NCBI GenBank assembly: GCA_050084985.1
Contig: JBITNC010000001.1
Coordinates: forward strand, 195,548,001 to 195,612,000
Length of the DNA stretch: 64,000 nt
Origin: Nageia nagi
Taxonomy: Eukaryota; Plantae; Pinophyta
Direction of reading: 5' to 3'
Position numbers and translations under genes: made by a program. Of this stretch, positions 12,558 to 26,235 are shown piece after piece. Each line of letters opens with the position of its first letter. The stretch's first letter is position 1. The notes under the pieces were generated by a model. It had not been told where the DNA came from, did no database searches, and saw only the letters and a list, made by a program, of their open reading frames with translations.

Positions 12558-14196
12558 TTAGGTTTACAGGCGAAGGAAAAACAAGTGTATTTCCTCGACT
12601 GGTTATGGAAGAGACCGAAATAGATAAAGGACGAAAGATGTGCAGCGCATAAGGAGGAGGGGCGAAGTGTGTTGAAGAGGAAGAGGAATACCCATTTCAA
12701 TTTAAAGGAAAGGGAGGTAGGAATGGAAGCATCTGGCAGTGTGAGTTACCGAGGAAAAGGTGTTTCGGAAAAGCGAAAATATGTGGAAGAGGAATAGCGG
12801 CATCCACAAGTGCATTATCCATAACAAGTGCATTGTTACAGTTTTGGAATGTGGATGATGTGGGGCCGTGGGCGGTTACTGCTGAGGTATCTTCCACAAT
12901 ATCTACAGATAATGTCGGTTGCAGGTCAATTTTGAAGGAATAGTGGTGTTGACGGCCACTTCAGATGTCGTCCTCACCGTAAAGCGAAATGTGCGTATCC
13001 GGCTGCTTCTTCTGTAAAGTTGGCCTCCTTTCCTTTTGATATTTGTTAGCGATCAGGTTTTATGTCCTGTTATGTCGTCCTCCATGGTTCCGGGTTAGTC
13101 TAATATTTAACATATCACTTTTATTTTAAAATTTATAATGTACTTCTATTTTGTTTGTGCTTTTACGCTTTATGACATATTTGCATATAAGGTTCTATGT
13201 TTTAACATCTCAATTGATATATTATAGTAAACAATGTTGTAATAATGTAAGCTTATTACTTTAAAACAATAAAATTAGTTTGAGTTAATTATACGTGTTC
13301 ATATGTTTTCAAGGGGATAATATAATGGTTTCAATTTTGGTTGTTCTTTAAGAGTTTTAAGGTTCAAATCATAATGGTTGTTCTAGCATGTCGTAGTTTG
13401 GCTACGATTTCATTATAGTCAAGCTAACTATCCACAACTACTAGGTGGATAATAGAGACTTTAAAAGTTTACCCTGCTAGTGGTCATGAGGGGTTCCTAG
13501 AATAATTTACCTCACAATTCAACAAAAAATAAATAAAAGTATACACATTCTTATATGTGTTTGATTGATTATTATTAGAATATTTTAAAAAGTATATTCT
13601 TTCTTGAGATCTTATAATCAAGTTCCTTTACATTATATAATAATTATGATCATTTGAGTCATATGATTATGACTGTGAAAGAAACATGTTATAGTAAAGA
13701 AAATAATAACATAATGCAATAGTGTTATTGGTGTGATAAGAGCTAACACCCCTTCAATTTTAAAGTTAAAGCAAGTATTATGGTTGTTAACTCTCCTTGG
13801 TATCAACAAATGCATGAGATTACTCGGTAATAATCTCCTTTTTCAAGCGAATCACAAGTTACCCTATAACAATCCTAGATTTAGGAATAAATATTAATAG
13901 CCTAGGAATGTAACCCTATCATTTTCTTGTCTCGTATTTATAAAATAACAACCAACCAATGGAAATAAAGTAACAATTGAAGCATAATAAAGATGATCAA
14001 TTTACCATGAACTCATCTATCTATTCACATAAAGATCGGTCCCTAGTTCCATTATGTAAGAGTTTGAAAATTGAAAGAATAACATAGGACAACATTCAAC
14101 ATCTCTCATTCAAATAATGTTACAATAGATGTTAAACATTCAAGAAGAATATGTTACTGTAACATTCAAATTTTGTAAAGCTACAGAAGGTAATGA

Positions 14197-14756
14197 TGTA
14201 GACTAAAAATAATGCATGAATGATAAACTAAAGCACTATTTCTTCGTAATATAATATTGAAGCATATATCACAAATATGTTAATATATTCGCATCAATAT
14301 GAAATAATAGATATCATGCATCAATCACAACAACATACCACAAAAGACAAATGTCATTAACAGCCTAAGAGCAACATGACATTAATGCCCTAAAATATCT
14401 AGATCCACAAGCAAAAATTGAAATGTGCAATATAAGACAAAGGGTATAGTAGATCTATGAATGGCCAATGTTACGAAACATCTTTGTGGATTGGGTAAAA
14501 TGATATTGCATGTTCTGATTTTTTCTTTAGCTCTCTACCCATGAGAGATTGTGTTGCCTTTGATAATCTTTTATAGCAATATTTTGATCCTCTTTAATTC
14601 TTGGGATCATTGCATATTACATTGTTTATGGTGTCTTTCTGGATATTTGATACTATATTACCTTAGGTATATTTTAACCCTTTTTTTCAATAAATATTCT
14701 TTGATACAATAAAATGAATTATTTAATACAAGAAAATTCATTTTTAGGTGTCTACA
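14197..14756 (-). repeat. 3' LTR of element A
   Basis: Aligns to 33820-34437; 7-bp terminal inverted repeat TGTAGAC/GTCTACA; adjacent PPT. Confidence 0.88.
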
Positions 14757-17700
14757 TTTTGCCCCTCTTTGGAGGTATGATTGAAGAAATAAGATTACAT
14801 ATCCAAATAAGTATTGAAGAAATTTTTGAAGTCTTTTAGCTCTTCATTCAACATTGCCATTTAATGATGACGGTCCTTTGTTGCCCCCTTTAGACTTGGT
14901 TTCCCTAAGAAAGTTCCTTTTATGGTACAACCAAGATAAAACCTAAAGAACTGCATCTTTTTGCCCCTTGTACTTTCCAACTATGAATCTGATTGCTCTT
15001 TTTATTTTTGATACTTGAGAGTCTTATGTTCTGACATTCATGCCTTGATACAAAGGTGGTATTTTGATTTTATCTCTTAGCCATTTGATATGAACACTGT
15101 TGATAGTGTGCAAATAGTTTAGAACACTGTTAACAAAGTGATTTATGCTTCATTTTCCTTCTTTTGATGTAGATACCTACAAAAAGTTTTAGATATATAC
15201 AATGCTTTTATAAATAAATGACCTCTACACAACACATCATGTGCCTATTCTAATGTTGCTGTTATTTCATGTTGTGTTATACATCTTAAAAGAGCTCCAT
15301 CAAATGACCTTTTATACAAAACTTCACTAATAATAAATGGTTAATAGCAATCCTCTTTAATCTAACATTTTCATTTCTATCATAACATTATGGAATTCTT
15401 TATTTTTTTAAATAATTGTAAATATCAACATACCATTGTTGAGGATCATCTTCTAGATCAAGGAGGTATGCCTATACTTCTTCTATGTGATCAAGGTAAG
15501 AAGCTATACCAAAATTTCTAATCTTGAGGATAGTTTCTTCATCTTCTATCTCAATTGGTGTTAACAAAGCTGCACTTGCCATTACATTTGCATACCTATT
15601 GTTAGTCCATAGAATATTATGAATACTATACCTATCAAACTCATCAAGTAATTCAACAACCACTATCTTGTATGGTTTCAATTTTTCATCTTTTGCACTA
15701 TATATATTATTGACTTGATTTACAACAAGTTGTGAATCACCATATATCTCCAAGTATTTTATTTTCAAAGATATAACTTGTTTCAAACCCAAAATTAAAG
15801 CCTCATATTCTGCCATGTTATTAGTGCAAAAGTTTATATGCCATAGGGATTACATCATTAGAAGGTGACACTAGAATAATACCTGCACTTGCCCCATAAG
15901 TACATTTGGATCCATCAAAATTACAACATCCAAGTTGTAAGGTCATCCTCCATATAACATATGAACTCATCTAGGACAACCATCGCTTCACCATCACGTT
16001 GTTGATAGCATTTAGAAAGAGTTACATGTTGTTGATGGTATGAATCCTCATCATATTCATTGAGAAATTCTCCATGCACCATTGTACCATAATTCTAGGG
16101 AAATTATGCTATCAAGTCTACAATTGCCTATCCTTTCATGAATGTTTGCTTCACCACATTGATATCAAACTCTTACAACAACACTAACCTCTTAGCTACC
16201 CTTCCTAACAAATGTTATTTTTTTTTGCTAAGTAAAAAAAAGACTTTGAAATAGTTAAGACAAGAATTACATTCATCAAAATTGAGTATCAAATTAATTA
16301 GATTTATTGAAATCCTAAACATCAAAAGAGAGCTATGAGTGCTATCAAATTGATTCGAAACTTGCCATTATTCCTCTTTGTTTTGTAGCTTGTGTCTCTA
16401 TGTTAGAGTATTAGAGTATCAAATGGCTTTTCATAGTTATCAGCTATGAGCACCAAAATTATTGTTGAGCTAAGAATCTCAATAAGTCTATAATAATTGG
16501 GTTGAATGCTAGCAAGTGTGTGAGCCTCAAGTGGGGTAGGAGAGTAATGTTGGTGTTGGTGATGAGAAGTGAAGCCATGTTGATATTCTTCATGGTAATA
16601 CCTACCAATTTCCTCATTTCGTGAAAACAAACCAAAACATAGATCATTCCACATGTTGAGAGCTTGTATTTTTCTAAAAAAATAGTCATTGTATTAGTTT
16701 AAGAAGCATTTATCTCTATAGCCTAACGCTTAGAGCTAGTTGCCATGTCACTTTACTTTTAGCTCTTATGTTTAAGGTTCAATCTTGAACTGCTACTAAG
16801 TTGAGGAAGGTTAACGATAGCTAATCCTTAGAAATGAGATGTTATGGTAGAGTGAGTTAAGGGATGATGTGCAAGAGTCCATCATTATTGTATCAATGGA
16901 CATTTTAAGAAATAAGCGATCTCATTTTCTTAAATTGAAGGGATTGAAATTGCTACCTCTAGAACATTTTTCAATTTATTTTCTAACTTTTACCATATTT
17001 TGTTAACATTTGTATGGAAACTTTTGAACATCCAATAGTTTCTTTCTAGCCATATGGTCCAAACTAGCATGGCAAGGGTTGCAAACTAAAGGATTTTGAA
17101 GGATTTGCTAGCAAACAAAGGATTCTAGTATTGGAGAAGATGTCCTACTGATAAGGGAGGAGTAGATCATGTGATTGAAAATTTATCTAAGAGTCACCCC
17201 CATAAACTCAAGGCATAGGGAAAAGATATCAAAATATGGTATCCTATTTCATTTTTAGATCCACAGAGTGAGTAGCAACTAGGAACAATCTATCTTCACT
17301 TTTATAGCTTTTCCTAAGACAAGAATTTGTTATGAATGAAAACCCATAGAAAAAAATATACTTTTGTTCAAGCCTTATTTTTCTAGATTCAATTCCAAAC
17401 CTTGGTTGAATGAAGTGGTGGATCCATGAGGATTATTAACTTATAAGTTGTATTCATAGTGTATTCACCTTTGTGGTTTTAGGAACATATTAGTGTATCT
17501 TCAATTACTTTAGTCTATAAAGCATATGAGCTTAAAAGTGTGGTAAGTTCACTAGCGTCTTAATACAAATGAGGAGGATGTACTACCATTGGCCACCACT
17601 ATATGACCCTATATTCTTCTATTGTTACCTAGTGCCAATAGTGGTATACTATTGAACCCTAGTGAGTTTTTAGATAAGACTATAAATTCTAAAAGTTTGG

Positions 17701-19443
17701 TATAGAAGAGAGAGGGGATGGAAGCAACCATGCATCCTACTAGAAGTTTACTTTTTGGCCATAACCTACCTTCCACTTCAACATATGCATGATAAAAATT
17801 TCTTAGTTTCCTGATACCATTTTAAAGAGGTGAGCCCCAAGGGACCTCTTTTGTAGTAAAAATCCTTTCTAGAGAAGGATCATCAAGATACTTAGTCCAT
17901 ATTGCATGGTTCCATTATGAAGAAGAGTTTGAATAGATTCACCAAACTAGCTTGTCCAATAGGGTTGTGTTCATGTGGCATAGGTTTTTGATAGCCAATC
18001 CACCTTACCTTTTAGGTTTACATACAATATCCCAAGCGACTAGATGTATTTTTCAAATTTTAAATACCTCATTCCATAAGAAGTTTCTTATGATAGCTTC
18101 CATACTATCGAGCATATTTTGAGGAATCCAAAGGGTAGAGAGCCAAAATATTGTATAAACCCCCAAAATTACATTAATTTTTATTAGTCTTCTAGAGGTA
18201 GATAGCCATTTTGCTTTCCAAGTATTCATTTTATCCTACATTTTGACACTTAACTTATCCAAGAAACTATTGAGTTTTCCTCCTATGATAAGAGGCATCC
18301 CAAGGTAAGAACTAGGGAGAGTATCAATATACATACATGTCCATTGGTGGATTTGGTATAAGGAGTGATATGAGATGTTAATCCCAACTTTTTTTTTATT
18401 TTGATCTATTTATTTCCTATTCTAATGCTAATTCATACTAGGAGAGAAACTCTTTGAGATGAATGATTTCATGAGAATGAGGATTAACAATCAACAAAAT
18501 GTCATCTACAAACTAGGAGTGGGTCATTGGAGGGGAACTCCTCTAGACCTTTAGATCATGTATCTTTCCCATAGTTTGAAGTTTCTTCATCCCTCTACCC
18601 AAACCTTCATATAGGGTAATGAAAATATATGGGTATAGAGGGTCACCTTGATGTAATCACATAGAGCTCTTGAAGTAGCCCTTTGATTCTCCATTGATAA
18701 GAATTGAATAATGGATACCTTCTATTAGAGAAGCAATCCATTGAATCCATGAGTTATCAAGACAAATTTCTCCATAATTTGTTTCAAAAAAGACCAATTC
18801 AATTTATCAAAGGCTTTTTCCATGTCCACTTTTAGTAATAATCCTTTTCTTTTATGGCAATTAACTTAGTGAATAAGTTCATGTACTAAAACCACTCCAT
18901 CTAATAGTTGTTGACCCTTTACAAAAGCTTTTTGTTCCTCAAGGATAATTTCTAGGAGAACTAATTTTAGATGATTAGAAGCTATCTTTAAGATGAATTT
19001 CTATATTGAAGAGCATAGGGAGATTGGTCTAAAAGATGAGATTATTTTAGCATTTTGTACCTTTGGAATAAGTGTCAAAAAAGTATAATTTATTTTTTGT
19101 AGCATCTGTTTGAATTCAAAAGACTCTTTCACAACTACTACTATTTCATCTTTAAGGAGGAACCAAAATTGTTGTAGAAAACTTGGAGGAAATCTGTTAG
19201 GTCTCGAAGAGCCATAAGGTTTTAATTCAAAGAGAGCATGTTCTAATTCCTCAATGCATATGGGGTTGTTAAGAATTTGATTTTGATTGGCATAAATCAG
19301 CTTGGGTATATGCTCTAGTAACTAAGTTTGAGTTGGTTTCTTGTGGGTATTAGGTTCATAAAGCAAGTTGGGTTGGAGAGAGTTGTGCCATTCATAGTAT
19401 CAATAGGAGCAATTCTTTTATGAAATCTATGTGCCATTATGGA

Positions 19444-20299
19444 TGTTTACAAATAAAATTGAGCATGTAAATAAATAAGTAGGTAAATATCTACAAACCC
19501 AATATATTTGTATTCGAGCTACGGATAGCAATTTATACAAAATAATGAAAGAGACAATCAATTATAGAAATAAAACAAGTATTTCAACAAATGATAAACT
19601 CGAAATTATTTGCAAAACTCAGACTATACAATATATTAAGATACATGTATACGTAGTCAGGCATAAGATGACACCACCTATCAAGATAAAAGTTATATAC
19701 CCACTTCACGGACCATGCTCGAAATGAAGCTATTGATGAAGTCCTGGGATCCAATGTTGTCCACACCTAAAATCATGAAGCTAAAAAGTCACAGAAGAAG
19801 GTTGTGGGTGATGTTTGTCACACTGGATAGGAATGCCAATGGTCTATATTCATCCACAAAGGAGCATCGGTGACCTTTTATAGGCTATGATCCATCTCCA
19901 ATGAGTCTACACCTCCACTAAAATCTTGAGATGATTACAGTATGATTATCAGATAGGTCTCTTAGTTCTTTAGAATGCTCACAAGAAGGGGATACACAAA
20001 ATCTAGCTTGATAGGCGGTGTCAAGAGACACCTTACAATATGATTGCCATTATCAAGACCATACATGGGATCATGTGTATCCTTGATGATGGACTTACTA
20101 TTAGATCCCTTATTTATATAGGTAGTAGATAATATGATGCACTCCTTGAGTCAGTATGTACCTACATAAGCAAGAGAAACATAGTAAATAATGATATATA
20201 TTAATGAAATCCAAGATAACATTAATAACTGATTATAAGTGTAGGCAACTATTTTATAATGTATTAACAAATACATAAATCAAATTTTATGTGTTAACA
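19444..20299 (-). repeat. 3' LTR of element B
   Basis: TGTTTACA...TGTTAACA; highly similar to 26236-27091. Confidence 0.95.
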
Positions 20300-21102
20300 G
20301 ATGCCCCACTTTGAATGATAAAGCGCAAATCACTAGGTGGATTAAGATTTTTCATTCAAAGTATACTCAAGATGCCATAGCCAATCAAATATTGATAAGC
20401 ATTGATAAGCATAATACCAACACTAATCAATCTAATTTTGATACTGAACTATGATAAACTTGAGAAAGCTAAACAACATAATGACAAGAGATATGGGTTA
20501 AGAAACCCCCTTATGTGATATTCACCATGTTGCCCCTAGTTGATATTGCTAGGCTCCAATGATATCCTGCAAAAAGGAAAGATAGCTCTAGGGTCCATAG
20601 CCATATACCAAGAGGTCATAGATGATAATTACCCGTATTTTTGACATTTTGGATATTTATATTTTTTTTTGTGTGGAGTACAACCATCTCCTATCATTGA
20701 TGGTTTAGTTTGATGATTCTGTGGGAGCTGGACTCCCTGCCAAGAGGCATGGTAATTGATATGGAGCTAATATTCCACCAAGGGGCATGTAATGTGGAGC
20801 TACAACTCCACCAAGAGGCATATGATAAATTGTTGATAATCTAATAAATCTAACCAAACTAATAAATCTGACCAATCTGGGTACTGGAACTCCATCGAGA
20901 GGCATAAAGGATCTTCAAACTAGCCACTTCTACCTTAAAGATATGATCACAGGTGGCCTACTTCTCATGGATATGGAGCATGGGTGCTCCTCTTCTAACC
21001 TCAAACTGACTCTCTAATTTGGCTCCATGATGTCTGCTTGCATGATCATTCCTTTAGTATACTTTACTACAACCCAGATGCACGCATCGACCCATAGGCC
21101 GC

Positions 21103-24100
21103 TTAGATGTAATACTTCTTCAAATGCCTAACATTGATGGGATTCTTGAGAATCTCCCCATCTAATGTAGACAACCTATAAGCACCTCTGCCAAATACTT
21201 CTATAATAAGGTATGGTCCAACCCAATTTGGTTCAAACATTCCCTTAAGCTCATCTCTAGCTGTAGTATTGGAAACATTCTTCTGTAAGACCATGTCTCC
21301 AACCTCAAAATCCTTAGGGACCACTCTCTTGCCATATGATCTTTTAATCCTTTGCTGATATGCTCTGAGGTGTTCTAATGCAATGATTCTCTTTTCATCT
21401 AGTGCTTCAAGTTGATTCAATCTTTCCTTTAAATATTATGGTTCCTTCATCACATCCTTGAGTGCAATCCTCAAAGATGGGATCTCAATCTCAAGAGGGA
21501 TAATTGCCTCATCTCCAAACACAAGAGAGTATCAAGTAGCACCTGTTGCTATCCTTTTGCTTGTCCTATATGCCCATAAAGTGTAAGATAATTACTCATG
21601 CCAATCTCTCCCATTCTTCTTGATATTCTTGGCCAATATCCTTTTGATCATCTTATTAGTAGCTTTAGCTTGCCCATTACCTTGAGGGTAGTAAACTAAA
21701 GAAAATCTCTACTCAATCCTCATTTTCTGGCAAAATTCTTTGATATCCTTACCTATGAAGTTAGCCCCATTGTCCATAACCAACCTTTGTGGTATGCTAA
21801 ACCTACAAATGATGTATTCCTTGATGAACTTGATCACATGCTTCTGTATAGCTATTTTTAAAGGGATAGCCTCAACCCATTTTGTATAATATTCTGTAGC
21901 AACTAAGATAAACTTGTGCCCCTCACTAGATGGTGGGTTAATAACACCCATGAAATCCATAGCCCACATAGAGAAAGGCCATGGCGATGTAACATAGTTC
22001 AATTCCTGAGTTGGTGTAAGCTCAAGATGTGCATGCCTTTGACATTGCTCACATTTCTTGACATGATCAAAATAGTCATGCTTCATGGTAGGCCACCAAT
22101 AACCCATCCTGATTAGCTTGCCAAAAATTGATCTCCCATTAAAATGCCCCCCACATGCCCCCCCATGGGCATGCTCTAATACTGTCACAATTTCCTCAAT
22201 AAGAAGGCACCTTAAAAGAATACCATTAAATGACCTTTTGTAAAGCACATCATCGATGATAATGTACCTAGTTGCAAGCCTCTTTATTCTGATTTGCTCT
22301 CACTTATCTAGAGTAGTATCAATAAAATCATCCTTCAAATATCTATAGATATGTTTGTACCATGGACTCTCCTCATACCCAACTCTTTGGACCACACATA
22401 TTGCACTTTCCTTGGTAGTGGATGAAGTTTCTAGGTTTCTGATGGTGAAGCTAGTTTCTTTGTCCTCAACTTCCAATGGTATAAGCAATGCCGCACTTGC
22501 CATTGCATCTGCTATTCTATTGCTACTCCTTGGGATACTTTCCAATTGATATCCTTTGAAATGTGTGAGTAACTTGATAATGTAATCCCTATAAGGGATA
22601 AGCTTTTCATCTTTGGTCTTGTAAACCTTGTTGACCTGCTTAACTATTAGCTATGAATCTCCATAAATATGTATCCGTGAAATACCAAGTTCTATACCTG
22701 CCTTCAAGCCCAATATAAGAGCTTCATATTCTACCATATTGTTAGTGCATTCAAATGACAATTTATAGGACATAGGAATGACATCATTCTGTAGATATAT
22801 TAATGCAATTCCTACTCCTGATCCATGCATACACTTGGACCCATCAAAGTATAACTTCCAAGGTTTAGATTCTCTTGGAAATGGAATGCTGATGGTCCTA
22901 TCATCATCATAAATAGGCCATGGGTGGTCCTTCTCTACAACCTTTGCCATATCTGTTAATGCACATTCATCCTTGAATTCTTCTCTAAGCTCTGTACTAT
23001 CCCTTGTGGGGAATTCTGTAACAAAATTTGTGATTGCCTATCCCTTAACGAATTTTTGCTTGACAAATTTGAGATCAAATTCTTGAAGTAACATGACCCA
23101 TTTTGCTACTCTTCCATCAAGGCAAGGCTTTGACATTAAGTACCTCAATGGATCTACCTATGTAAGCACATGTGTAGTGTTATTGATCATGTAATGCCGC
23201 AACCTTTCAATAGCAAACACCACACATTGACATAACTTCTTAATAGGAGTGTATCTAGTCTCATAATCCTTCAATGTCCTACTGATAAAATAGATAGCCC
23301 TCTCTTTACCATCTTCCTCCTTCTTAGCAAGCATTACTCCAAATGCATTCTCTGTAGCTGAAACATAAAGCTAAAGGGGTTCTCCAAGCCTATATGGAGC
23401 TAACACCAGTGGGTGTAACAAATATTCTTTTATCTTATCAAATGACTCTTGACATTTATCATCCCATTTAAACTCAACATCTTTCTTAAGTAAATGAGAC
23501 ATAGGAGCTATCTTGTCCATGAATTGACATATAAATCTTCTAATGGCCTATATTTTACCTTGTAAACTCCTTAATTGCTTGAGATTTGTTGGAGGTGCCA
23601 TTTCTGTGATGGATTTGATCTTTTTGGGATCCACTTCCACACCTCTCCTTGAAACAATATGTCCCAAGAGTTTTCCTAATGACACACCAAATACACACTT
23701 CTGTGGCTTAACTCTTAACTTGTACTATCTCATCCTCTCAAATGCTGCTTTCAAATCTTGAACATGATCTTCTTTGTTCTTGGATTTTATCAAAATGTCA
23801 TCAACATATACCTTAACTGTCTTATGAATGAAATCATGGAACATAGCTGTCATGGCTCTTTGGTATGTAGCTCCCGCATTCTTGAGACCAAACGGCATTA
23901 CCTTGTAGCAAAAGTTGCCCCAAGGTGTTCTAAAAGCTATTTTATGTTGATCACTCTCTTATTATCACCACCCTAATACAAAATTATACTTGACTAGTTT
24001 TTCTCTATTTCTTCCCTAGAAGAAGAACACCGATGGTCCCCTATCACTGAAAAGGAGCATGGGCATTCTTCTTCTTGACCTTGCTACTGTTTATTGAAGT

Positions 24101-26144
24101 TGCCATCTAAACTAATTTCATTGACGTTCATGATAACATATGAACCAATCCTGATATCCATCACATTGATTTTCTACAATGCTTTCCTATAAATCTAATC
24201 ATTCTTGGCTAGAAGGGTTTCATCTTCCACATCACATGGAACAAATCTCTCTGGGAGGACAAAGTTACACTGCTTGGCCATCTGTTCATCTGTCTCAACC
24301 TTATAGACATTCCCCTCAAAACAAAATTTAAAACACCTACGTAACATTGATGCCACTCCATCCATATCATCTATCCAAGGTCTTCCAAGTATAAAGTTGA
24401 ATGAAGGCTTTCCTTCTATGATATAAAATAGAGTGTCAAGCACTTTATTACCAATCTTGATTGGTAATGTGATAATTCCTACACATCTTCTAGGTATGTC
24501 ATCAAATCCCTTGACTCTCATGGTAGTCTCTTCTCTTGGAGGTAGCACATCCAGATCAAATTGCTCCAACAGATGAGTGGTAGCAATATTTAGGGCTACC
24601 CCACCATCTATCAATGACCTCTTAATTGTTATTCCAAAGGCATCCACCTCAATGAACAAAGGTTGATGAAGCTTAGTGACTCCTTACTAGGCTTCTTGCT
24701 AGGGTAAAATGCAATAACTTCCCCTTTACCCCAAATCTCTACCTTTTCCATAAAAGCAACAATAGAAATATTTTGATCTATCTAACTATTCTTGAAAACT
24801 TGATTCATCATCTCCCTATGAGGTGTTGAAATCTGAAGTAACTCAAAAAGATTAACCTTAGCTTGTGTGCTCTTTAATTGCTCAATCAAATCAAAACATC
24901 TAGGATATTTTGGTAGCTCCTTCTCGTAGGTAACTAGATCGACCATCTCTCTAGCTCTCCCTCTTGTGAGTGTCACACAAACATCTTCATGGAAAATCAC
25001 ATTGACATGTTGCTCTTCCTCTACATCTTTGACCTTTGCTGGACACACATAGAATCCATCTTCTATGAGCTTCTATATTCTATTCCTAAGGCTTCCACAC
25101 CCATTAGTAGCATGGCCCTTAGTCTGATGATACTTGCAATACCTATGTTCTTTATACCAAGCAGGTCTTTCTGCTATAGGATCTTGTTCATGCTTAGGTA
25201 AGGGTTGTAACAACCCTTTCACCATAAGGTCTTTTAGGATATATCTCAGAGGTATGGGAAATTTCACAAATTTCCTCTCTTTTGGCCCACTTGTCTTCTC
25301 AACCACATGGATAGTTTTCTCCTTCTTTGGTGATTATGATCTCTTATCCTTCGCTTTAGTCTTATCATCACTGCCATACTTCACAAGCCCTAGCTTCACA
25401 AGGACTTTCTCTTTCTCTAACAATTTATATGTCATATCTAAAAAATGCAAGATGTGTATAATCGATGACATGTGATTGCAAGGGTAAGATAACAGCTTCT
25501 TTAAAAATATTATTTACCTCTTTTTCCATCAATCTGGTCTTCACTTGCTCCCATGTCTTCTTAAACCTCACAACAAATTTGTCTAGTTTCTCATCATTGC
25601 CTTGCTTTATAGCACATAAATCTGATACCATAACCTCCTACTTGATGTTATGCTTGTATTACTCAAGGAATAAACTACTAAATTCTCCAAATGATGTGAT
25701 GGACCCTTCAGGTAGGGCATAAAACCATTCTCAAGCCTCTCCCTCCAAGCTATGGGGAAAGAATTTGGCTTGTAATATTTGATCTGTACCAATTTTGAGT
25801 TCACACTCATCCTTGAATCCTTGTAGATGTCTCCTCAGATCTCCTTCACCATTGAACTTGCAAAATTTTAGCTCTTTATAATCAGATAGTGGCATGTGCC
25901 TATGAATCTCATTGCATAGGGGACTACCAAATTCAATAGAATCATTAGGCAGAGCTAATCCCCTTGCTAATGTATCGATTTGCCTTTGCATACCCTCTAT
26001 AGTAGCTTGAAAGTTACTATTGTCACCCTTAGCACTATTTCACATTCCTTCAGATCCCTCTAGACCATCATGTCTGATTTCCCCCAATAATTCATCCAAA
26101 TCTCTTCTTGAAAGACTACACAGGAATAATTTAGGTTGATCCAT
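21103..26144 (-). pseudogene. gag-pol pseudogene of element B (stops, frameshifts, RT N-terminal deletion)
   Basis: Chain of ORF fragments 25731-25991, 25073-25306, 24195-24659 (PR), 22651-22950 and 22300-22545 (aRH), 21709-22248 and 21103-21420 (INT). Confidence 0.92.
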
Positions 26145-26215
26145 AACTAAAATAATCACAAAATAGATACTAGTCCTAACTAAAACCCTTAGGGTTTTAG
26201 TATAATGATGTGAAC

Positions 26216-26233
26216 TTCACATCAGGTTCACTA
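26216..26233 (-). other. Primer-binding site complementary to the tRNA-Trp 3' end
   Basis: + strand TTCACATCAGGTTCACTA vs plant cytosolic tRNA-Trp 3' end TTCACGTCGGGTTCACCA (recalled); all 3 mismatches are transitions; 2 nt from the LTR. Confidence 0.8.
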
Positions 26234-26235
26234 GA

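Noticed and set aside
11564-12623. Plus-strand ORFs overlapping the DUF761 gene
   Set aside because: They are antisense shadows of a GC-richer CDS with no motifs.
12603-12695. 30-codon upstream ORF on the minus strand
   Set aside because: The TSS is unknown, so it may lie outside the transcript, and there is no recognisable conserved peptide.
12491-12700. 70-aa N-terminal extension of the 377-aa ORF
   Set aside because: It begins at TTG and translates a CT-rich leader and microsatellite (FCFCFCFSFS); the first ATG is at 12490.
19545-19766. Short ORFs within LTRs (also 26754-27014, 39036-39233, 43769-43966)
   Set aside because: They show no protein motifs; any recurrence simply reflects LTR duplication.
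26184-26200. Telomere-like AAACCCTTAGGGTTTTAG
   Set aside because: A single short palindrome in the element B leader, not an array.
26216-26233. tRNA gene
   Set aside because: Only an 18-nt match to a tRNA 3' end next to an LTR, i.e. a PBS; there is no cloverleaf.
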